From an uncultured Eubacteriales bacterium (GTDB lineage Bacteria > Bacillota > Clostridia > Christensenellales > UBA1242), in assembly GCA_949001935.1 (NCBI GenBank), contig CARJLX010000004.1:23023-87022 (forward strand): a stretch of DNA of 64,000 bases, in the 5' to 3' direction. This document shows positions 47,948 through 58,400 of the stretch, piece by piece. The notes beneath the pieces were generated by a model that was given only the letters and a program-made list of their open reading frames with translations, was not told the origin of the DNA and searched no databases. The first letter of the stretch is position 1; every line of letters begins with the position of its first letter. The translations under genes and the position numbers were made by a program.

Positions 47948-49399
47948 CTAAAATAGAGGAGCAAGCAGTCTAAATATAGCCTGTAAAAATTTGGTCAACC
48001 AACGCTTTCTTTTAAAGTAAACTAAATTCACTTCATAAGAATTATTTACATCATCTAAAAATGTTTTTTGATAGGTTGCGTTAAGTTTTGAAGAATATAT
48101 TATTGCAGTGTCCTCAAAATTTAAACCAAAGGAACGATTGTCCATATTGCAGGTCCCTATAGAAAGTTTATTATCATCAATAAGCATTGTTTTACTATGC
48201 AAGAAGCCTTGATACAAATAAACTCTACCACCCATCTCGACTATTTCTTTAAGATAAGATATAGTCACATAGTAAACAGACTTTTTATCTGGTTTGTATG
48301 GAACCATTACTCTAACATCAACTCCACTTTTTATTGCAATTCGAAGTGCAGAAAGAAAACTATCATCAGGAACAAAATATGGTGTTTGAATCCAGATTCG
48401 CTTTTCAGCAGTTGCAATCAACTTGATAAAAGCCTCTTTAATTTTTTGAACTTGGCTATCTGGGCCAGAAGATAAAACCTGCACAGTTATATCTCCTTTA
48501 AGTTCTGGAGTTGGGAAATAGCCTTTTTCCAAATACACCTTTGGTGGAGTGTTGTCTTTTTTACAATATCTCCAATCATCAATAAAAATATTTTGCAAGC
48601 CATAAACCCCTGCACCTTCAATACGGATATGTGTATCTCTCCAAGGGTTTAATTTTTTATTTAAGCCCATATGGTCATCACGAATATTAACTCCACCAGT
48701 ATAGCCAATCTTTCCATCAATTACTACAATTTTCCTGTGATTGCGATAATTTAATTTAAGATTGATCAAACGAATATGCATAAAAGGAGGAAAAAATTCT
48801 GCGACTTGCCCTCCCGCTTTGGTCAACTTTTTAAAAAACCTACGCGGAGCTTTTCGAGAACCAATAGAATCATAAATCAGTCTAACATCAACACCCTCTC
48901 TTGCTTTTTGACAAAGAATATCCATAATCTGTCTGCCAGTTTCATCTTTGGCAAAGATATAATATTCAATATTTATCGACTTTTTAGCTTTTAACAGATC
49001 CTCTTTTAATGAAGCTAACTTTTCTATTCCATTATTAAAAATTTGAACATCACTGCCAGGACAAGGATAGGCACCATAATTATAGCAATAAGTTATAACC
49101 TGCCTATCCTTTTCTGTCAGTCCATCAAGTTTAGCATTATTAAGATTTTGTATCCCGTCAATGTTTTTGATTATATCTCTTTCAGAAATAGCCTTTTTCT
49201 TTATCATTCGGCGAGTTCGAACACTAAGCCCACTGCCAAAAATAATATATAACAAGAAACCAATAACGGGAAGAAAAGTTAAAACGGTAAGCCATGAAAT
49301 TATAGTTTGAGGTTTGCGTTTTTCAAGAAACACCATACCAATAAGGAGCAGAAAATTCATGCTTGCAATCACACAAATAACGATTAAAATCCAATGCAT
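47948..49399 (-). CDS. cls: Cardiolipin synthase
   Basis: Two N-terminal TM segments and two HKD motifs (NHRKIVVIDG..GG.N and LHSKTMLIDD). Confidence 0.93.
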   Translation of the reverse strand: MHWILIVICVIASMNFLLLIGMVFLEKRKPQTIISWLTVLTFLPVIGFLLYIIFGSGLSVRTRRMIKKKAISERDIIKNIDGIQNLNNAKLDGLTEKDRQVITYCYNYGAYPCPGSDVQIFNNGIEKLASLKEDLLKAKKSINIEYYIFAKDETGRQIMDILCQKAREGVDVRLIYDSIGSRKAPRRFFKKLTKAGGQVAEFFPPFMHIRLINLKLNYRNHRKIVVIDGKIGYTGGVNIRDDHMGLNKKLNPWRDTHIRIEGAGVYGLQNIFIDDWRYCKKDNTPPKVYLEKGYFPTPELKGDITVQVLSSGPDSQVQKIKEAFIKLIATAEKRIWIQTPYFVPDDSFLSALRIAIKSGVDVRVMVPYKPDKKSVYYVTISYLKEIVEMGGRVYLYQGFLHSKTMLIDDNKLSIGTCNMDNRSFGLNFEDTAIIYSSKLNATYQKTFLDDVNNSYEVNLVYFKRKRWLTKFLQAIFRLLAPLF

Positions 49400-49410
49400 G
49401 CCTTCCTCCC

Positions 49411-52400
49411 TTAACTACTTTTAACTAATTGAAAAGCAAAGTTAGATAAGATTGTAAAGACTTGCCCACTTGTATCAACAATAAAATTAAGTCGTGTTCC
49501 TTTATAATTTGACATAAGTATATATTCCTCATTTAGAGATTCACTACTTCTATCACTGAAATATACATCATCAACATTATTTAATAGTATGCTATCTTCA
49601 GGCTCTTCGTAATAGTTAGATAATGTAAAACCACTGAACATATAATCCGCTCCTGCTGTTGTCTTAGCAGAAGTTAATAACCAATAATCCTCGCCATCAA
49701 TGGTATGTTTATACCAAGAAGCTTTTATCTTATCTTCTCCTATGAAAGCAACTTGATCTTTAACAAGATTTGACTTTTCAACTTTCAAATCTTCATTTAA
49801 GAATGTATTTTCAACAAGAGTTAATTTATGATAATAGAAATCTGCAGTAACTGGGAATTTATAAATTCCATTTTCAAAACTTGCGGCACTTGCCTTAAAG
49901 AAATATCCGTTATATTGAGATGTGACATCATTAAATCTCACATAAGTTTCATCCCCAACCTTTTCTTCATAATAATCTATAGCTGATGTGTCAACCTCTG
50001 TTCCTTCAGGAGGACTGCCCGCTTGATATTCAAAAGATTTTTTAAATAGAGGCATTCCTTTCATAAATTTAACATCTGCATCGGTTATTGAAACACCTGA
50101 TTGATTAAATTTAACTGCACTAAATTCTTTTAGATTAAATGTAGAAGTTTGTTGTTTTTCCACCACTTCATTTTTCCATAAAGTTGTTGCTTTTGGAATT
50201 ACTGTTGCTTGACTTAAGTCTGTACCTTCTGGAAGATTTACAATTTGTTCTTCATAAGCAATCTCGCCAGAATTATAAACTCTTTGAGTTAATACAACTT
50301 GAGTTGTGTTATATTTCAAAGCATCAAGTGAAATTTCTGTATCACTTGTACCTCTTGGCATCAAACGAAGCATCAATGTTTTGCTATTTGTGTGGTTGTA
50401 ATAGTTTGAACGATTGAAATCTGTTATATCTGCCCAATCACCTGAAATACCTGAGATTTTTTGTCTAATTACCACTGTAATATAGTGAGAACTGATATTA
50501 AAGTCTTTATTAGTAGTAATATTCCCATATTCATCAATTGTAGCAGCACCTGATGCCTGACCACCAGAAGTTGTTGATGTTGTGATTTGGAAATCAAGTT
50601 TATTCAAACAATCATTGCTGAATGTGTCATACATTCCATTTGCCTCAGAAACTCCTCCAGAAGATGAACGAGTAGCTTTGGTCAAATACATTCCTTGAGT
50701 CCAATTTGCCAAAGGAATTACATAAGTTGACTTCTCATCATTATTAATTTGAATATAATCTTTAATTTGTTTCTCTTGACCTGAATAATTGTATTTAAGT
50801 GAGTAGAAATAGCCTGTAACAGTATAGTTTTGCGTAAATCTATATTCAACTGTTTCTCTATTGTCTACACCTGTTTCAGGTTTATCACCTTGTGGAATGC
50901 TGATTAGATAATATTGAGTTAAACTATCTATTTTATTAGAAGTAAACCTTAATGGATTTTCAATATTGATACGATCATAACCAATCATTTTATTAGCTTC
51001 ACTTCCAATTGAAACAGGTTGAAGAGCAATATTATCTCCATCGCTTCCGCCAGTACCTTCGATCTTGTTGCCAACAGCAATTTCAATATTATTATACATA
51101 AATTTAACTTTGCTAATATCGCCTCTTGTCACGTTTATAGTGAAGAAATAATCTTTCTCAAGAGTTCGGCCTGAAAGGCTTGAAAGTGAACGATATTCAA
51201 CATAATCATAAGAAGCAGTATTTTGAATTGTATATGTTTGAGGAATATATTGTCCTTCAACAGTATAACCACTTGCTGGTAGTGATGTATTATCTTCCTT
51301 AGAAGTTCCATTCATCTTAAATGCTTCATAAGAGAATGTGACGCTTGAATTAGCAGGAACTACAACTGCCAATGTGTCATCATAGACAGAATAGTCATTA
51401 ACAATAGTTGCCGCACCACCATCAGGATTATTTCTTGTGATGTATACATAATCTTTTACATTAAATTCCTTTCCATCTTGAACAACATTGTTTGGATATG
51501 AGATAAAGTTTGTAGACTTTCGAACTGCAACTTTAGCATGAACCTCATGTTTTTCTTCAATATCATTGTCTGCAAGATTTGTACCTTTATTATACAAACC
51601 ATTTCCATAACCTAGAGTAATAACAATTTCAACTTCAACCTCATCGTTATCATCATAGATATAACCTGGGAGTGATGGCATTATATACTTAGAACTAGCT
51701 TGACGATATAAGTTGTATGAAGTAGTATTCTCAGTTAAATACAAATTACTATCACTTGCTAAAACTTGATTTTCATTATTGTTACCTTCTGAAATAATAT
51801 CAATACCTTCTTTAACAACAGACTTTCCTTCATATAAGAAATCTATATCAAGTACACGCAAATACATAAATTCTGGGAAATGCTCTAAATAAGATTGTTT
51901 TCCTGTATTTTCACGAAGTTTATAGCCTGTTTTTGCAGTACCGCCACCTGAAGATCCTATTTTAGTTTTATCAAAATAATTTTCATAGGTGGTCATATCA
52001 TCTATCTCCCAGAATGGTTTATCAAAACCAAATGCTTCAATACCTTCTAGGTTCAAGATTGTAACTCCTTGACCTTGTGCACCTCTAAGATTATCATCCC
52101 CAAAGATATCAAGAATTGTTGTCGTATTAGGACTTTCCCCTTCGGTTTCACCTGGAGTTATATTCAATTGATAGTTTTTAACACCAACATCAAAGCCTGC
52201 ACCTTCAGTTATATAATTATCAGCCGAAAGAGTTGGACTGATAAGGTTTTTATTAGACAATGCGAAGCAAACTACAAATTTATAACCAAATTTATCTTGT
52301 GCCTCTAATCTATAATATTGAACACCAAATTTAACTTCTTTTGCTCCTGCCAATGATATCTCTCCATTGTCAGCAGAGTTTTCCCAAGTATAATAAGTCG

Positions 52401-55400
52401 TGTTCGCTTCCGTTCTTTCTGCCCAGTGTTTACCTGTAGTAAGGACATTATCTTTCAACTTATTTTTTACATTCAATTCAATGTTATATAGCGTTCCATC
52501 TCGCTCATCATCAATTTGCATTTCATACTTAAAGTCTTGAGCTGCAATTTCATTGCCTGTTGTGTCATTTTTATGCTTAACTGAAACAATAGGATTTGTT
52601 GAGTTATTATTACCAGCCAATATTGTTGGAAGGTAAGTACTTCCATTGTTAACTACTTCATTGAGTGTATAAATTCTATTTTCACCTTGATTTGAAATTA
52701 TGCCATTTTCGTCAGGTTCAACAGCCCCTGCTTTTTCATAAACAATCTTATAGTCTGGCATTACCTTCATCATGATGTAGAAACCTTTTGAATATGTTGT
52801 AGCATCGCCTTCTCCAATTTGGAGTTTAACAGAATAAGTCATATAAAGAAGAACATAATTCCCTTTATTTTCTGCACCTAAGCCACGAATATAATAGTCT
52901 GTTGTGTAAATTTTATCACTAGCTAAAGCTACAGTTTCTGGCGAAACTAATTCTCCATTTTCTCTCTTTTGAATTGCTGAGATAGCAAGATATCTATCAA
53001 TTCCATTATTGTCTACTGTTGCATTAAATGAAGTATAAACCTCTCGAATTCTCTTAATATATTCATCACTTTCATCTAAAGCTTTATCAAGCCCAACAAC
53101 ATAAAGATTAAGGTTTATGTTATCATCCATAAATTCGCTATCTTTGAAAAGTTCTGCATTGCCTGTGCTTGGATGATAAACACCCATTGTTGATATAAGA
53201 TTTTGTTGAGTATAAGCCTCAATATTATTTGTCTTTTCATTTACTTTAGTAGGAGTTATCTTTCCATCTTCATCTTGAACTTCAGTAAACTCAAGTGCTT
53301 GACGAACTTGAATATCAAGGGTCAATTTATATGAATATGCAACACCACTGATTTCATAAATATTTGAAATTCGCTCTGTGGTTGCTTCACTACCTTCAAC
53401 CTGCTCTAAATATTTTACAGTACTACCATCATTTGGTGAGAATTTAAAATCTTTTACTGTAAATACTTTATCAAGATCAGACCCTGTTTGCTCTAACTGA
53501 TAACTATCAAGAGTTGCACCATTGCCCGAATTGTTTTCAAATCTCAATTCTCCTGCAAATTTATCAAAATCAACATTAATTTGATTGTAAGTTAACTGAA
53601 CTCTTGAAACAAGTTGTGGAGTTTTATTGAAAAGTTCTGTTGTAAAGTCTTTTGTAGCAGGTTTAAATTGTTCAGCTTTTCCTTCTTGTTCTGTAGAAGG
53701 AGTATTGCCACCTATATCTAAAATCTTGCCTTCAAGGAAAGTTCCAATATATCTATAGCCAGCCAAGCCTTTACCAAGATCTATATTAATAATTTGCCCA
53801 ATATCATTTCTTGAAAGAGTTAATGGTTTTGTTGAGTAATAATATTTTTCATCTTCGAATTTTTCAAACAACATTTCAAATTTGTCTGAAACAAGAGAAG
53901 AAATATTATCATTTTCAGATTGTCTTACAACCGAAAGATTTAACATTCTTTCATTTTCAAAAATTTGTGGAGATTCTGTCATCCTATCTGCATAGAATGA
54001 TTCAACCGAACCAGACGAATCAAGATTATTGTTAACTCTATTAAAAGTTATTCCATACAAATCTTTAACAAGTATAATTGTATATTCAGCAACAACACTA
54101 TTGCATGTTAACTGGAATGTAATGCGTGATTGATTTCCGTCATCATTCCATTCATATTCACTTTGTGAGCCTTCTTTTAATCTCCATGTTCCAATTTTGA
54201 AAGTTAAGTTTGATACATTAATATCTTTTCCATAAACTGTATTGCTTCCGCCAACAGATGTAAAGTGGTTATTCAAAATTGTATAATCGCCTGCATAAAC
54301 ATCTGCATTTTGCATTGAGATAATATTTAATGTAAAGTTGTTTGTTACAGTAGAAATTAAACTTTCATCAACTGTTGCTTTATAAACAACAAATCTATTA
54401 TATTTACCTGAAATGTTCTTGTTTGAACTTCTTGTAATAATTGTTCCGTCATTATTTAAACCAACAATATCATTTCCACCAACAAATACAGGTTGAGTAT
54501 TGATAAAGTTATCTAGTACATTTACAAAGCTAACTCCATCTTGAAGATATTCATAACCAATCTTTCTTCCCTGAGCATCACTTTCATAAAGTTCTGTGCC
54601 CTGAGGTGCTGATGCATTAGTTTCGACAACAACATTAGGTTTTACAGTAAAGTTATATCTTGCATAGAAGGTATTATACGCAGCTCCTCCTGCCATTAAT
54701 GAAACTTCAAGCAAGGCTGAACAATTTTGGATTAATCCAACTTCTTTAGTTTGAATTAAAACTTTTTCATTGTTATTGCCACTTTCAAAAGCATTCCCCC
54801 CTGAAATAGCTGTCCAAGTATATTTGATATTTTGTGATGATGGGATATCTGTTGAATTTGCAACATTAAAGATATCTGCCTGCAACAATTCTTTTGTGTC
54901 TTCTGCAAAAATTTCATCACTTCCATCTGTTGATCTTGGCAATGTGAAAGGATTATTCCTATCGGTTGTCACATTTGAAGAATCAAGATTAGTGATATTT
55001 TTAGTTATTGCCAAAGGCAAAGTAAATGTAAACTTTTCAGTTTTTCCATCCACAACAACCCAGAGTTCAATATCTAATTTGATTTCAACATCTTCAATAT
55101 TGGGAAGTGCTTTAATCTTGCCATTTTCTATTGTGACAAATGAATATTTTCCTTGATTTTGAATGGTTGCCTTTGTTAAACCAAAACTATAATCAGCAGT
55201 TTCGGCACCATTCTTAACACCTATATTACCATTAATTTTAACATTCTCAATTAAATTTAATAAATCTGTCGAAGTACCTGCTTTTACACTTTCTTGAATT
55301 TGTTCATATGTTACACTTCCTTCAATTTCGATTTGAAGGGTTCCTAAAAGCCCAAATTGTGAATAGAGGTAAACCTCAAACAACTTATCCTTTTCAATAT

Positions 55401-58400
55401 ATTCATCTAAAATTAAGGTTAAGGTATTACTATTAATTGTTTCACCTGTTACATCAATTTCCCCTTCATTGTTGAAAATTTGTTCATAACTTTGGTTGTT
55501 ATAATAAATTTCACATGAATTATTAGCAACTACACCTTTTGGATTAATGCTTAAAAGACCATATTTAAGAGTACTTGATGAACCTTCACCTTGTGCATTT
55601 CTATCTCTCAAATTAATCTTTGTGCTTATATAATTATTAACAGTCTTTTCTCTCTTAACTTTCCATTTATAAACACCATTCTCAAAAGTTAAGTCTTTGC
55701 CTGCTATATTCAAGTCTTCAAATTCAAGTTGAAGATTTGATTCTTCGTCATTAACTATAATAGTATATTCAAATTCGCCACCAACAACAGTTTGATATTC
55801 TCTTGAAAGTATTATAGTTAATTTACGATCTGTTTTAGGTGTTATTGTTACAATTGAATTGTCTGTATTATTTTCTCTCGTGTTAAATGTAATTTCAACA
55901 AGATTTGCATAATCTGCTTGATTTTCATAAGTGTTAACACCGTCACTAACACTCTTTATTGTGTCAACAACTGGAAGAGCAGAAAGTCTATCATCATTCT
56001 TATATACATTAAATCTAAAACTATCAAAGTTGCATGTTGTTTTATCATGAGCTTCATCAAGTTTAATCTCAACTGGTGTGTATGAACCATCCTGGCGTTT
56101 TGCTGAAATAATGTATTCTGCATCATCTCCATAAGGGTAAACAATATTCCCTAAAGTCGCATTTGGTTTTACACGAACTATATAATATATCTCTTGAGAG
56201 AACCCTTCACCTGATATTGTTGCCTTTAATGTCACATAAGCATAATCTGTAGCATCACCAACAAGATGATTTAATTTTAATACAACATCACCCTCTCTTG
56301 CACCTGAAGCTCCAATTTCTAGTTTTGTTAACATGTCATATGAAAGAATAGTTGCAAGATTATTTCTTGAATAATCATTTTTGATTTCTTCAATAGCGAT
56401 ATTGCTTTGTTTAAATTGTGTTGAGTAATAGTATAATTTTGCTCCATCCTTAGTTTCGCTTTCGCTTGCATAAGGAGAAGCAATAACATAATATTGTCCT
56501 GCATCTACTGCTTTAAATTTGTTTTCATCTATAAGTGTTTTGGCATTTGTTGTCAACAAGTCTTGAAGAGTTGCCTCAACATATTCATGCTCAATTTGTG
56601 CACCCTCTTCATCAAACTTATCATAATAAGCATGGACAGTTCCAATTCTTGAAACAACGCAAGGCACAAGCATAACTATTTGCAAATCTCCTGCCCTATT
56701 AAGAACTCTTACAACTAAATATTCTTTAGGGTCACCAAGTCCAAATAAACCGCTATTCCCTATCTCTAAGAAAGTGACATCTTGGTTTGTGTTATCATCT
56801 GTATTTTGGAAAGAATAGAAATTGCTCTTACTTCTATATTGAATTGTTGAGCCTGAAGAATAATCATAGTAATGTCTAGCAGTTTCAAACTTATAATTCT
56901 TTAAGGTAGCCACTTCATCATACAAGTTGTTCAATTTCCATTTATCTGTTGTCACTTTAAGATAGTCAACGCCATCTAAATTTTGAACTTCTGCTTTTAA
57001 TATTGCATTTCCATCATTTTTTATAAATCTATCTGCTAAATCTTTATATTCAACACCGCTTTCAAACTTAATTGTCTTTGTATCGTCAATCAAAAGCTTG
57101 TCTTGATTTGCTTCCTGAATATAAACAGTGATTTTATAAATGAAATCAGTTTCATTATATTTAAATATAGGAGTGATTGAAGTTCTTTCAATATACCAAT
57201 CATCATCTCTTTGCACAATATTTATAAATGGATTACTTTCAAGTTCAAAACTAATATTACTCAAAATATTTGCAATATCCGCATTGATTTCATCACTATT
57301 ATTGCTAATATCTTTGATTCTTGAAACCGAAATATAATCTTTAACTTTGTTAGAAATTTGTCCATCTAATACAAATTTATATGAGTTTTCAATATTATTT
57401 GTATTAACATTCTCAACTTTAATATTTCTTTGAACTTTGAAATTAAAAGTGTAGAAAGGTGTAAATTGATTTTCTATGCCTTCCAAATAAAAATTAATTT
57501 TGAAGGATTTTTCTGGCACATCCCAGAAATCATAGAATTTAAAGGCCCCATTAACAATTTCACCGACTGAAACATCAACTCCACCAGTCATTCTGTCTTT
57601 TGAAATTTTATAAGTGTTACCATCATCAACAATATAGTAATTTCCTTCTAAGCTACTAAGCAATCCGCTTATTTGTTTAGAAGTATGTAAAGAAATATCT
57701 TCACCATTTTGATAATTTACAACAACATCTTCATTTGAATTTAATGTTTTTCCAGCCATAGCATATACATCATTATCTTTACCAATTTCTGTTGAATTTG
57801 ATTGATAAGTAACATTTGCCAAAATAGTGAAATTCATTGTAATTCTAACAACGCCTGTTTCAATCTTGTCAGTTATTATAAACTCTAACTTTTCTCCACC
57901 AACTGCAAAGTTGTGATTAAATGTCAAACCTCTAACTTCAAAATTTGTCAAATCGGCTTTAACTCTTGATAAATATTGGCTATCACTTTCTCCATTCTCC
58001 ATAGCAGGCATTTCCCAAGTTCCATTTCCATTCCCAGATATGGTTATCATACCATTTTTACCAAAAAGAGATTTGAACTTTTCTGCCTCCAAAGATTCAA
58101 GATATTGTGAAGAGAAATTAAACTTATAATTTTCTCTTAAATACTGAGTCTCTGCGATCCCATCACTATAATATAGTTTTACAAGATAATCAAAATTAAT
58201 ATAACCACCAGTTTTGTTATCTTGTGTAGCATAACTAGCACCATATTTTTGAATGTCAATTATGCTTAATGATGTTTGCTCTTTTAGAGTAATATCATTT
58301 TGTCCTTGATTTTCAAGAACATCATAAGTTTGATCACTTTCTATCTTTTGAATACCTGTTGATGAAACAATCATAGTCAATTTATTTGTTGTTTCAATAT

